DNA of 64,000 bases from Camelus dromedarius (taxonomy: Eukaryota). Below are positions 26,655 to 38,759 of the stretch, one piece after another. The notes under the pieces are model-generated. The model was not told the origin of the DNA, did not search any database, and worked only from the letters and a program-made list of their open reading frames with translations. Location: NCBI RefSeq assembly GCF_036321535.1, contig NC_087460.1:3224001-3288000 (forward strand). The letters run 5' to 3'. Both the position numbers and the translations under genes were made by a program. Positions within the stretch are counted from its first letter, which is position 1. Every line of letters starts with the position of its first letter.

Positions 26655-27090
26655 TGTTAGTTTCAGATGTATAGCAAAGTGATTCAGGTTTTTTTATATA
26701 TATATATAAAACTGAATAATATAATAATAATATATATATTATTTTTCAGATTCTTTTCCATTATAAGTTATTATAAGATATCAGGTATAATTCCCCATGC
26801 GATACAGGAGGTCCTTGCTGTTAATCTATTTTATATATAGTGGTACTCTGTTAAACTCAAACTCCTAATTTATCCCTTCCCCCTACTTCACCTTTGGCAA
26901 CCATAAGTTTGTTTTCTATGTCTGTGAATTTGCTTCTGTTTGGTCAATAAGTTCATTTGTGTCATTTTTTGTTTTGATATTACATATAAATGATATCATG
27001 TGATATTTGTCTCTGACTTACTTCACTTAATATGATCATCTCTAGGACCAACCATGTTGCTACAAATAGCATTATTTCCTTCCTTTTTTT
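26655..27090 (-). mobile_element. L1 3' fragment
   Basis: Reverse complement of the shared 3'UTR (ccataagtttgttttctatgtctgtga...). Confidence 0.85.
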
Positions 27091-27109
27091 TATTTGTTTG
27101 TTTGTTTTT

Positions 27110-27900
27110 GCTTTTCATTTTGAAATAATTTCAGACTTACAAAAGTTGCAAAAATAGTACAGGGTTCCCTTCTACCCCACACCCAGTTCGCTCAACTGTT
27201 AGCGTCTTAACCGCGGTTCAGTGACCAGAACTAGGAAGTTCACGTTCATGAGATGCTCTCACCTAATTATAGACCGTATTCAAACTTTGCCGACTTGTTC
27301 TTTTTTCAGGCGCAGGTCCGCTCCCGAGCCCTACCCCCCGTCTGGTTATACTTCGCCGCCGTCTCCTCTAATCTGGTATCGTTCCTCGTCTTTTTTTTTT
27401 TTTTTTTTTTTTTTTAATCAGTTTTACAACGTTGACTCTTTCGAAAAGCACTGGCTGGTGACTTTGTAGAACGTCCCTGCCTCTGGACCTGTCTGGTGTT
27501 TCCTCACGGCTGGACGGAGGCTGTGCTGGGTGAGACCCCCGCAGGTGTGACGCTGCCCCCGTCTCAGCGGGTCCTGCCGTTGCCGCCTCTCATTCCTGGG
27601 GACGTTAACTTTGACCACTAGGTTGAGGTGGTGTCCGCTAGGCTTCGCCCCCGTTAAGTGACTGTTTTCCCTTTGTAACTAATAAACACCTTGGGAGGAG
27701 ATGCTCTGAGACTCCGCAGATACCATGTTTTCGTTGCATTTTCACGTTTTACATTCAGCATCCATCCATGACTCACACCTGCCAGTTTTTCATGGTGTTG
27801 CCAGATTGCAGCTTTCTACTTCTCTCACTTCTGCATTCATTAGCTGGAATTCTGCCGTGAGAAAGAGCTACTCTTCTTTCTTCTGTTTCTGTATTTATTT
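27110..27900 (-). mobile_element. Old L1M 3' remnant
   Basis: ttttgaaataatttcagacttacaaaagttgcaaaaatagtacag. Contains poly-T at ~27390-27415. Confidence 0.65.
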
Positions 27901-28199
27901 ATTCAATTATTCATATCAGGATGGACTGGGGAACATGTACCCTAGTACTTCTACTGTTAACCAGTACATTCTACTGGTTATCACCTGTCCGTATCCTTAT
28001 CTACTTTATTACTCACATCCGCTCAGATTGAGCCACTGGGATGGAGCAGATTCTTCCCCTAAAAGTCACTACAGGCTCATTATTAAAACAGCTAAACAAA
28101 GCGCACCGAAACGCACTGTCAAGAAAACGATAGAGAAATCGATTTCACGCCACCGTTATGTAATTTTTTTTTACTGGTCGTGCTCATTTAGGAGAAGTG

Positions 28200-29000
28200 A
28201 TTCTTGAGAGATGAGTAGGTGCTTCCCAGACAAAACAGAGCGGCAGGGCGGGCGGAGGAAGTACCTGCCCCGAGCGCATCCGCGTGTGAAGCCGCCTGGG
28301 GCCGTCTTCCCTCCCCGGCATCTCTCGGGCCGCTCCCTCCTTCCCTCCCCCCGCCACCCCCGTCTGTCCCCAGTCACCCCCATCTCCCCTGGACCAGAGG
28401 AAGGGGGCTTTCCCCTTCCGTGCTGCATTCAGCAACCAGGGCGGCTGTTCGCAAGCTCGGCATCTCACCACGTCGCTCTCGGCTCAGGACCCTCCAGGGC
28501 TTTCCCGCCGCCCCTGGACGACCGTCAGGAGGCCCCCGCCCGGTCCGATCCGGAAGCCCGGCGCCCAGCTCCCCGTCTTCCACGGCCCCCTTTCTCGCTG
28601 TGTCCGCGGCCCCTCCGAGGCCCCGCCCCCGCCCCGCCCCGCCCCGCCCCCCCAGGGCCGTGGCCCTGCCCCTCCCCCTTCCCAGAATGCACTGCCCTCT
28701 CGTCTCCGCCCCAGGGCTGCCCCGCCCCCCATCGGGCTAGCTCCTGTTCGCCCTTCAGGTTGCAGCGTCCTCGGGGCTGCTTCAGACAAATCTTCCTTGA
28801 TTCTAAAAAGTTGGGTCCGCGTGAAGTGTTCTGTGCGCTGCACCGTCTCCTCGCAGGTCCCCGCGCAGACCAGGTCTCTCTCCCCGCGCGCTGCACGTCC
28901 CTCCCACGTGCCCTCCCTCCGGTTCTGCCTCGGCGGGTAGCGGCTCAGTGCGTAACTCATCGTCCAGTGAATAATGTTGAGCAATACTTCCGGGAGACAG
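28200..29000. promoter_or_regulatory. CpG island, probable promoter (possibly bidirectional)
   Basis: Very high GC and CpG density. Five overlapping CCCCGCCCC GC boxes at 28621-28653, ETS-type CCGGAAG at 28550-28556 and ACTTCCGG at 28986-28993. Donor-like sites at 28468(-) and 29001(+). Confidence 0.8.
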
Positions 29001-29059
29001 GTAAAATTCTTCCAAGTTTTAAAACTTATTTGGAAATCATTTCACACATATAGAAGAGT

Positions 29060-29650
29060 TGCAAAAATAAAAATAGAAGAACCATACCATCCAGCAGTCC
29101 CTCTCCTGGGCATATATCCAGAGAAAACTCGAATTCTGAAAGACACACACACCCCAGTGTTCACAGCAGCACTATACACAACAGCCAAGACGTGGAAGCA
29201 ACCTGAATGTCCATCGACAGATGACTGGATAAAGAAGCTGTGGTCCATACATACACACACACGATGGAACACTACTCAGGCATAAAAAGGAATAAAATAC
29301 TGCCATTTGCAGCAACATGGATGGACCTCGAGAGCGTCACACTAACTGAAGTAGGTAAGACAGAGGAAGACAAACATCAATCATATGGTATCACTTATAT
29401 GTGGAATCTAAGATATGACACAAATGAACTTATTTACAAAACAGAAACAGACTGACAGACATAGAAAACAAACTTATGGTTACCAAAGGGGAAAGGGGAT
29501 GGGGAGGGATAAATTAGGAGTTTGGGATTTGCAGATCCTAACTACTATGTATGAAATTGAGATAAACAATGAGGACCTACCGTCTAGCACCAGGAACTAG
29601 GTTCACTGTCGTGTAATAACCTATAATGATAAAGACTGTGAAAAAAAGAC
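29060..29650 (+). mobile_element. 5'-truncated L1
   Basis: Peptide PYHPAVPLLGIYPEKT...FTAALYTTAKTWKQPECPSTDDW followed by the shared 3'UTR. Confidence 0.92.
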
Positions 29651-30576
29651 AAAAAAATCCAACCTTCGAATATCACTGCTTTCTCTCAGACCCTTTGCCG
29701 CAGGGGTGGGTTTTTCACCGTGTTGTCTTCCTCTCCACTCGCCCCTGCTTCTCTCAGGCAAGCTCAGCTTTGTATCAGCTGAACCTGCTTCTGAAGTTGG
29801 CCCTTTATTTCATATAAAGCCAGCCCTTCCCTCTGTTTTCCAATAATAATCCTCCAGGGTGTTTTTCTGGTGGGATTTCCCAGAACAGGAGCTATGAAAT
29901 CATTAATTCTGGGTCTGCTAAAAGCAGCCGCTGTTTAGACTGATCTTACCGAGCTGAAAAACCCCACCCAGGGGTCCTCGTGCATCAGTCCAGCACCCCC
30001 TCCAGCCTGGGCTTGTTCTGTGTTTGTCCTGCCCGGCCGCCCTGTAATACTTCTCGTCTTTCCTGGGCTTCCCTTCAGGGACCAAATTCCGCGAATTTCT
30101 CAGGTATTCTTTAGGTAGAGGTATTTCCTGGGTCACAATAAAGTCATGTAATGATTTTTTTTGTAATCTCTTTGAACGTCTGTCCCATCCTTAAGGGGCC
30201 TCTGTTCCTACAAGTGTCCTTACAGTGCACTTCCACTCAGCTGCCCCACTCCCGGCAGATCTAAAACGACAGACACTCCTCAGATTTTCCTGGATCCTGG
30301 CTGCCCCTGCGAAAGTCATTCCAGTCTGCTTTTTTGTAAAATTTTGCGCCTCTTCTGCTGAACTTCACTGGAATTCACACACTGTTTCTGGTATAGTCTT
30401 ATCTAAAATATGTCTGTCCTTTAGAGTTCCCCCTTTAAGAACAGTTAACCTTGGAATTTCAATAATATAGATCTATTTCTCTTCTCCAAATTTAGAAGGT
30501 TGTGTTCTCTGTATGATAAAGGACTTCATTCCTTTTATTATATTTTTAAAATAAAATCTATGATTTCTCTGTACAG

Positions 30577-30684
30577 GAAGCCACCGTCTGGGTCCTGCCA
30601 GTCAGAGCTGTAGTCAGTGTATCAGTATACTGAATCTGGAACCACTTTGAAATCATAGAATGGGGGTTTCTCTTGAACTTGTGG
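30577..30684 (+). ncRNA. Candidate non-coding internal exon (108 nt)
   Basis: Acceptor tgatttctctgtacag|G and donor TGG|GTAAGT. All three frames contain stops. No expression evidence available. Confidence 0.35.
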
Positions 30685-31800
30685 GTAAGTTACAGGAATT
30701 AAAATTTAGTTCCTCTGTCGTTTCCTCTCTTGGTCCCAAAGACTATTTAAAGCTAAAAAAAGCACAGAATTTGGGGGTGGTTGCCCTCGGCCGCCTACAG
30801 TGACCAGCCTCTAACACTAAAGCTCAGAACTCACTGCTGTTCTGCGAAATATGCAGGCTCTCAGCTTAAAGTCCCGGTCTCCTGGCTTGGAGACCTTGCT
30901 GGGGAATACGGTAACACCGCCCTGCTCCCTAACACCAGCGAGCCCCCACGAAGTGCTCCCATTTCTCTTTCATCCAATCCTTGCCTCCTTCTTCATCCTC
31001 CTTAGTGCTTCCTCTTAATCAAATCTTTGCTGCTTCTGCCTCCTAAGTTTATCTGAAAGCCACCCCACTTGCTGGGGTCCAGCCTGCATCTACGCCTGTG
31101 TAAAGCAGCCACCTGCTTGTAGGCAAAGTCGCCTTTGGCAGTGACCCACCAGGGGGAACGTCCTGCAGCACTCGGTCTTCCTAAAGCCGAACGCCACCTG
31201 CCCGGGCCACACCTGTTAAAGGCCAGTTCTGTTATAAGGCAATGAGAGTGAATGATATGCAACCCCACATGACAGTTGGATGAGCTCGTAAAAATCCCCT
31301 AATGTTGCCTGAAAGAAGACGGGCCCAGAGAAGTTCATACTATATTATTATGTTTATGCAAATTTATGTAAATTACAAAGTAAGCAAAACCATCGTTATG
31401 CTGTTAAGTCGGGATGGTGGTCCGCAGGTGGTGACTGGCATCAGGGGGCTTATGAGATGTTGAGAATGTTTTACTTCTTGATCCAGATGCTGGTTACATA
31501 AGTTTTCAATTAGTAAAATTTCACCAAACTGTCCACCTATGATACGTGCAGTTTGATAAAAGGTTAATGTTTTAAAAAGCCAGCTACACACCCATCAAAA
31601 CCAGCGCATGACAGCACATGAGCACTACTACCAATTGCCAAGGTCAACCCCCTGAGGGTCCCAATTGCAAAAACGTAGCACCCTGCCTCCTGGCTGTGCC
31701 CAAAGTTCCCAGCAGCACATGGCAGGTGCTCCACAAATGACAGACGTTTTTATTTTCCCATGTTCTCTGCTCCTTAATGAGATGTTAGGGTCTAGGGGAG

Positions 31801-32267
31801 TAGAGTGGGTTGAATTGGGTCTCCTAAAAAGATACGTACAAGTCTTAACCCCCAATAACTATGAATGGGATCTTATTTGGAAATAGGGTCTTTGTGGATG
31901 CAATTAAGTTAAGGATCATCTTAGATTTACAGGGCATCCTACATCCAATGCCTGGTATCCTGATAAGTAAAAGGAGAGGGAGATTTGAGAAACATCGACT
32001 CAGGGAGACAGACACAGGGAGGGAAGCCACGTGAAGATGGGGACAAAGGTGGACTTATGCCACCACAAATCAAGGAACAGTGGGAGTCAGCAGGAGAAAC
32101 TGGAAGAAACAAGATGTGACTCCCCTAGAGCCTTCAGAGGGACCGTGGCCCGGCCTGCACTTTGATTTCAGATGTCCGACCTCCAGAACCGTGAGAGAGT
32201 AAGTTTCTGTTGTTTGACGCCAATCAGTTCTTGGTCATGTGTTATGATGGCCCTAGGCAACTAGTAC
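31801..32267 (+). mobile_element. MLT1A/B-type MaLR solo LTR
   Basis: gggttgaattg...cttatttggaaatagggtctttg...ccctagagccttcagaggga...ccctaggcaactagtac. Confidence 0.9.
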
Positions 32268-32619
32268 GGGGGACCATTTTAATACCTAACACTCCCTTTT
32301 TCCTGCCCTTGTTCTAACCCAAGAGATAAATATCAGTCTCAAGCAGATGGGCGTCAGAATTCTGCCTTGATTACTCAGCAAGCCACATTAGATGGCATGA
32401 CTTCAAGCCTGCCAAAGGAGCCTAGTGATACTTGTCTGAGAATCGAATTTACTCCTCTAGGCTACAGGTCTCCCTAGCAAAGCCTAGAATCTGCTCTCAA
32501 ATGCTTACTGCTTGGACAAGAGCAGGTGAGATCACGTTTTATCTGAAAGAGAGCCGACGTTTGTTTAGAGATGCTAGACGCTTCCTGGGGAAGGCAGTAA
32601 AGATACTGTCCATCAGAGC

Positions 32620-32860
32620 AAGACAAAGACTGTGTGACATCACTTACTTATGGAATCCAGAAGAGCCAAGCTCACAGAAATAGAGCAGCCGGGTGGTTAG
32701 CAGGGACTGGCGGATGAAGGGACTGGGGAGATGCTGACCAAAGGATATGAACTTCCAGTTCTAAGAGTAAGTTCTTTACATCTAATGTGTGACACAGTTA
32801 CTGACACTGTGCTATGTCCTGGGAAGTGGCTGAGGGAGTAAATCTTAGATGTTCTCCTGG
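32620..32860 (+). mobile_element. L1MA/MB 3'UTR fragment
   Basis: caaaggatatgaacttccagtt...gagtaaatcttagatgttctc. Confidence 0.7.
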
Positions 32861-33116
32861 TGACTAACTCATGGCAAGTCTCCAAGTGTTTCTTCCTATC
32901 TCTCTCCATCTGAAAATTAGAATTCAAAAGTGACAACGTTGTTAAAAGCAGTCATATGAACACAGTTCCTTGGCTTGGGAGGTGAAGGCAGGCTCTTTCC
33001 GACAGGGGCTGTCTGATATGGCTGGTGGGTTATCCATGAATTACCTTCTACAACTTGAAGGAGCTCAGTCTGCATCCCCGAGGTTCTGATGAGAACGGAT
33101 TTAGAGCAAGTGACAA

Positions 33117-33394
33117 CATACATAGTAAACAATCTTATGGTTACTGGGGGGAAAGGGAGTGGAAAGGGAGTTCGAGATTTGCAAATATTAACTACTATAT
33201 ATAAAAATATATTTTAAAACCCCGAATTTCTTCCATATAGCACAAGGAACTATATTCAACATCTTGTAGTAACATTAAACGGAAAAGAATATGAAAACAA
33301 ATCTATGTATGTATATGTCTGACTGAAACATGATGCTGGTCACCAGAAATTGACACATTATAACTGATTATACTTCAGTTAAAAAAAATAGTAA
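33117..33394 (+). mobile_element. Short L1 3' insertion inside Charlie1
   Basis: Perfect 12-bp TSD agcaagtgacaa at 33105-33116 and 33395-33406. Confidence 0.92.
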
Positions 33395-33960
33395 AGCAAG
33401 TGACAAAGTAAAAGCTTTCCAGTGCAAAGATGTATTGGCCAAGACATATTGAAATTAACAAATATTTCTATTTCCTGAAGCTTTCTGAGTCCATCTGGTT
33501 CAAGAAGCTGCCTTTAAGTGACAGAATGAGAGAGAGAATTAATAGTCATTTGGTATGTCTGGATGACGCCTTCTTAGTTGAATTTGAAATTGAAAGGAAT
33601 GACACCATTATCTGGGTAGCAAATCCAATGGCCTTTATTTCTTTGTTTTTAACAAGTTATAGGAGGACATAAATTATCAACTGGTAAATCATCAACTGAC
33701 ATCATGCAGTTTTGATGAGATAGCACTATTCGGTATTTTAGCAAAAAACTTGGAAGTCGTTCAAAGAATCAAATGACATTGCCATAGTGAAACATATTCC
33801 TCACACTCTACTTTTTATGTGAACAAATGTCCACAAAAATTAACAATCCGAATGGAATTGGTGTGAGTCACAGGTAACATTCGTCACGGACACATGGGCT
33901 ACTTGAGAACGCATTTCCAATCAAATTTCACCTTTTAGTTAATAATTATAAAAATTTGTA

Positions 33961-34290
33961 CAGAGTCAGCCTTCTGCATCTGCGGGTTCTACATCTGTGG
34001 ATTCACCATCTGCAGATGGAAAATATGTGAAAAGAAAAAGTCCAGAAAGTTCCAAAAAACAAAATTTGACTTTGCCACTCGAGGGCAAATATTTACATAG
34101 CATCTACATTGTATTTACAACTGTTTGCTTATAATGTACATTGTATTAGGTGTTCTAAGTAATTAGATGAAACGTAACATATGGGGGGATGTGCCATGGA
34201 TCACAAGCAAGTCTCTTGCCATTTTACATAAGGGACTTGATCATCCGTGGATTTTGATATCCAGGGGGTTCCTGGGACCCAGGGAGAAAT
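33961..34290 (+). mobile_element. MER2-type TcMar-Tigger MITE inside Charlie1
   Basis: Follows TA. Begins cagagtcagccttctgcatctgcgggttc and includes ctatttacatagc...gggacttga.catccgtggatttt. Confidence 0.85.
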
Positions 34291-35915
34291 GAAATGTAAA
34301 GTCATCGAAAAAAAATTCGCTTCAGTCTATATACATGCTTCTGTGGCAGAGATACATAGCAGGACTGTCCCTGAAACATTTTCAGCCATAAAAATAATCA
34401 TGTCCAGATAAACTTCCGTGGGATTTGAGGAGAAAAGGGAACTATGTAAAACTTCCAACTCTTAAGAGCTTATAAATGTACTTTTTAGGTGAATGGTGAT
34501 TCAGACCAAGTAGCTGGATTCTACTGGAGATCCTTTCATCATGATAGGACAGATTTCAATGCAAATGAAATGTCACTATGGCAAAAGTTACATTGTTTAC
34601 AGCTATATGAAGTCATGATGAGAAATTCTAGATGCTCAATGGGTCATTTTCAAAATTATGTTCCAGATTATCTTAAATGGACCCAAAGGCCACGCGTCCG
34701 GTCCCTGCAGCGGGTCCCCAGGGCCGTCTGCAATGTGTGGAAGCTGGGCGACTTCCCGGCTCCTGGTTGCAAGTCCCACATTGGTCCCCAGGGTGTGACA
34801 CAGAACAGCATTCCCCATTCCCGACCCGAATTTCTCTCTCTTTCCCTCACTTTCACATCCTTTTCGGGCGAGTGCTTTCCTCTGCCACGTCATAGCCGTC
34901 TAATTTGTCGTCCTTTTCCCTGGCTGGGTACCCTGACTGCAGCTGCTTTCTTGCAGGCAGTGCTCTGGGGTGGATGGAGCAGCCTCTCATCCCGGGTGCC
35001 CCAACTTCCCCGTGGTCCCCACGCCACCCCACAGGCCCTCTCTGGCCTCCCCTTCCTCCTCCAGCCCAGCCGCCTCCAGCCCTGGGTCCCCTTCCCGGCA
35101 CTCAGGGTGGACCGGAGCCCTCATCCCTGTTCCCTAATCCCAGCCCGGCCAGCCAGGCCCGGCCCTCCTCACTCTTTCATCCCGCAGAGGAGCCGCAGGA
35201 GGGAGAGGATATGACCTCATCTGAGAGGCATCCGAGCCCAGGGGTGCCCCGGGGCTCCCACCCAGGCCCGCTCCCCGTGCCCCTCGCCCCTCGCTCCGTC
35301 CAGGAGTCACGCAGAGGACCACCAGGGACCCTGGCTTTGAAGGGACCAAGGCTGTATTTTTGAGAAAGGGGCAGACAGGAGAGGAAATGGACTTGGCCAG
35401 ACGTTCACTTTATGAAAAACTGGAATCCCCTGCACAGAGCTGCACGCATCCCGTGCACACGCTCAGCTGCACGCACACACACACCTCACTCCAGCCCCAA
35501 GCCCCTATCTAATCAGAAGTAATGAAATAAGGCAAAAGCTGCTAGTTTTCTGCCCCACTCCCTCCTCGGGGTGCTCTCTGAAGGAACAACCGAACCCTCC
35601 TGAACCCCGAGGTGCGGTCGGAGGAAGTTTGGGCCCCATGGACTCGGGAACCCCACCTTCAGACTCACAGGCTGCACATCAGATGGTTTCTCTACCCCTT
35701 TCTTCTCTCCTGCCCCCAAAGAAAACCTGGTCTCCCCTTCATGTGGGGCCTGAGTTTCCTGCCCTGGAGCTTAATTCTTCTGGGGTCTTGAGGGCTTCCA
35801 ACCTTCCAGGAGTCTTGGCTTAAATACAAGTACTCCATGGAATGCACTTCCGGGGGAAGGGACAAGGAGTGAGGGGACAGGCGAAGGCATGGAGCTCAGA
35901 AACAGCAGAGGGGCT

Positions 35916-36045
35916 GGGGGCGTGGAGCTCAGTGGTAGAGTGCAAGCTTAGCAGGCAGGAGGTTTGGGGTTCAATCCCCAGCCCCTCCATTAAGAAAGAG
36001 GAAAGAGAAAAGAAAAGAAATTTTAGAAGAAAAGAAAAGGCAGAA
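35916..36045 (+). mobile_element. tRNA-Ala-derived camelid SINE with purine-rich tail
   Basis: gctcagtggtagagtgcaagcttagca...gggttcaatccccagcccctccatt, then A/G-rich tail. Confidence 0.85.
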
Positions 36046-36179
36046 AGGAAATGTCCCTGTCCCTCTGGCAGGCTGCCAGCCCCTAAGCATGTTGGCAGGG
36101 GTGGCTGGGTGGGCTGCTCCCTCCCTGTCCCTCCCTGGAACCCACCGAAGGTGGCCCCACCTAGGCTGCAGAGAGAAGC

Positions 36180-36450
36180 CCCTGCCCCCTGACGTCTCAG
36201 AGTTACCCCCCCAGGGACTAGTCAGTTGCCCTGTTTATTTCCTTCCAAGAGTCTCTCATTATCTGACTTGATCGTGTTTACTTGTTTGTTTGTTTATTGT
36301 CTGAGCACTGCCATCACCTCTCCCCACTGGGTCCCCAAGACTGTGAGCCCCGCCTATGAAGAGACCCCGCGGGTCTCACTCGCCGTCTGTGCAGCCTCGG
36401 GATGGGCCCACCCCCAGTAGGTGTGTATTTGTTGAATAAGTGAATGAAGG
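36180..36450 (+). mobile_element. L2 3' end
   Basis: agactgtgagcc...cagtagg...atttgttgaataagtgaatgaa. Confidence 0.7.
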
Positions 36451-37014
36451 AAAACATACTAGCTCTCAGTGCTGCTTCGTGCGCCCTGCAACATTTTATG
36501 TTAAAGACCTTTGAATCAAATTATTATTTATAATGTATAAACATAGTTGTTAACATAGAACATTGTAAATAAGATATGTTGTATAATTATATGTACGGGT
36601 CATAAGTAAATATGTAACGTATAATTACCAGTGTCTGCCTTCGGGGCTGGACCGTGAGCGACTCCAGGTGTTACATCATCTGAGCTCTTCCTACTGCTCA
36701 GCCTCCAGCTGAGTGCCCGGCAGAAGGGAAATGTTCTGGAGGTTATTTGTTGGTTTGCTGTGCGATGATGAGCAAAACATTTTATTTCAAACGGGAGGTG
36801 AGTGATACGTCTTGTATTTGTACAGTTCTTGAAAGACTGCTGCGTTCCTCCGCATCCGTTTTGTACCCACGACTCCTAGAAGGAAGCACCGAACCTCGCT
36901 GGCCGCACTTGACAGGGGAGCGGACTGCGTGCACGAAAGGCTGAATGGGTTCTCCAGGGTGGGAGTCAGAAAGAGCATCAGAACGTCCAGCAGCGACTGA
37001 ACTGCCTGTTTCCT

Positions 37015-37690
37015 TTTTTTAAATTAAAGTGCAGTTGTTTCACAATGTTGTGTTAGTTTCTGATGTGCAGCATGGTGATTCAGTTATACATACAGGTGTG
37101 TGTGTGTGTATATATATATATTCTGTTTCATATTCTTTTCCATTATGGTTTATTACAGGATATTGAATATAGCTCCCTGTGCTACACAGTAGGACCTTGT
37201 TCTTTATCTATTTTATATATACTAGTTTATATCTGTTAATCCTACACTCCTAATTTATCCCTCCACCCCACTTCCCCTTTGGTAATCATAAGTTTGTTTT
37301 CTGTGTCTGTGAGTCTGTTTCTGTTTGATAAATAAGTTCATTTGTATCGTATTTTAGATTCTATGTATGTGATGTCATATGATATTTATCTTTCTCTGTC
37401 TGACTTTTCATTTAAGTATGATAATCTCTAAGTCCATCCATGTTGCTGCAAACGGCATTATTTCATTCCTTTTTGTGGCTGAGTAGTATTTCTCTGACTA
37501 TGTATTTATACATATAGACACCACATCTTCCTTATCCAGTCATCTGTTGATGGACATCAGGCTGTTTCCATGTCTTGGCTGCTGTCAGTGCTGTGAACAC
37601 TGGGGAGCAGGGATCTTTCTGAATTGGAATTTTCTCCAGCCAAATGCTCAAGAGTGGGATTGCTGGGTCATACAGTAACTTTTTTTTTTT
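37015..37690 (-). mobile_element. 5'-truncated L1
   Basis: Reverse complement of the shared L1 3' region. Degenerate flanking repeat tgcctgtttc / tgcctgcttc. Confidence 0.9.
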
Positions 37691-38609
37691 AAATGCCTGC
37701 TTCTTCATTCGGTTCTATCAGATTTTGCTTTATGTATTATGACTCCCACGAGAGTCAGTTCACACTTCATTTTCTCTGAAGAGCTTCCCCTGCCTCCTTG
37801 AGCAGAAGTCACCCCTCCTGCGGCCACGTTCTCACGGTCCCTGCACACGCACTGTCATCAAAGCTCTCAAGGCGCTCGCGGCTGGCTGGCGTCAGTGCGC
37901 GTCCCCCGCGCCGCGTGGTGTGCTCTTCCCAAGGCAGACACTCTGCATTGTTTATTTACACCTCTCCTCTTCCTGGCGGAGCACAGGGTACCCTTGAGCT
38001 TTCAGGCGTACGTACGTCCACTAAGTACTAACTGACTTGCTCTCTGTATCATGAGGAGCAGAAGGACGGCGCCCAGAAATACAGGACAAACCAAGGTCTG
38101 GAAAGGCATCTTCAGCCTGACCCAGGAACGCGCATCACAGAGGGCCAGCAATGTCGGCCTCTGCTCTGGGACATGGTGGTCACTGGTGTTGGCGCATGGT
38201 CCCAGGCTCCACCCTGAGTCTCTCACCGCCTCCCAGCCCACCTCCCCTCCTTCCCTGGGTGACACTAGGTCCCCCCGCATGGGAGAGACTCCTTGCTTTC
38301 ATGTCATGGGAGCATGTAAATAGGACCCCAGGGCTCAAGGAAGATTTCCACAGGGAACTGATGATTAAAATGAGACCCAGGGAAAGGCAGGAGGCGGCCC
38401 AGCGCAGAGAAGGGAGCGGCAGCACCGCAGGCAGAGAAGACCGACCGACAGGACGGCGGTGCCCACGTGGCCTCTCGGAGGCCCTGGCGAGTGGGAGCTG
38501 CGGAGACCTGGAGAGCCCCTGCCCCATCTGCGGGGACAGGAGGTCGGCAGCCCAAGAATGGGGGAGGGGAGGGCTGTTGACGTATATTCCCATTTCTGAA
38601 AGAATCTGG

Positions 38610-38735
38610 AAATCTGGACTTTTATGAGAAATTCTCTAGTTTTAAATGTCGGCTCCACTTTTTAAAAAATACTGTATGTGCCAAATAAAACACACCTGTG
38701 AGTTTTAATGGGCCAATGGGTAGCCAATTTGGGAG
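38610..38735. mobile_element. MER45/MER58-like hAT MITE end
   Basis: aatctggacttttatg...gccaaataaaacac...gggccaatgggtagccaattt. Confidence 0.45.
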
Positions 38736-38759
38736 CTCGGGGTTAGAACAGACACAAAG

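Larger units (their letters stand above)
32870..34660 (+). mobile_element. Charlie1-type hAT DNA transposon remnant (transposase C-terminus and 3' end), interrupted twice
   Basis: Removing the nested L1 restores KELSLHPRGSDENGFRASDKVKAFQCK. ORF 33430-33672 contains HL..L...F......WV.NP, typical of hAT/Buster transposase C-termini. Charlie1-like 3' sequence follows. Confidence 0.8.

Noticed and set aside
28211-29053. 280-aa Pro/Arg-rich ORF, the longest in the window
   Set aside because: It lies across the CpG island where stop codons are depleted in several frames. Its composition is low-complexity and it runs into L1 sequence.
33430-33672. Possible domesticated transposase gene
   Set aside because: The frame is broken by frameshifts, stops and two nested insertions, so this is a fossil.
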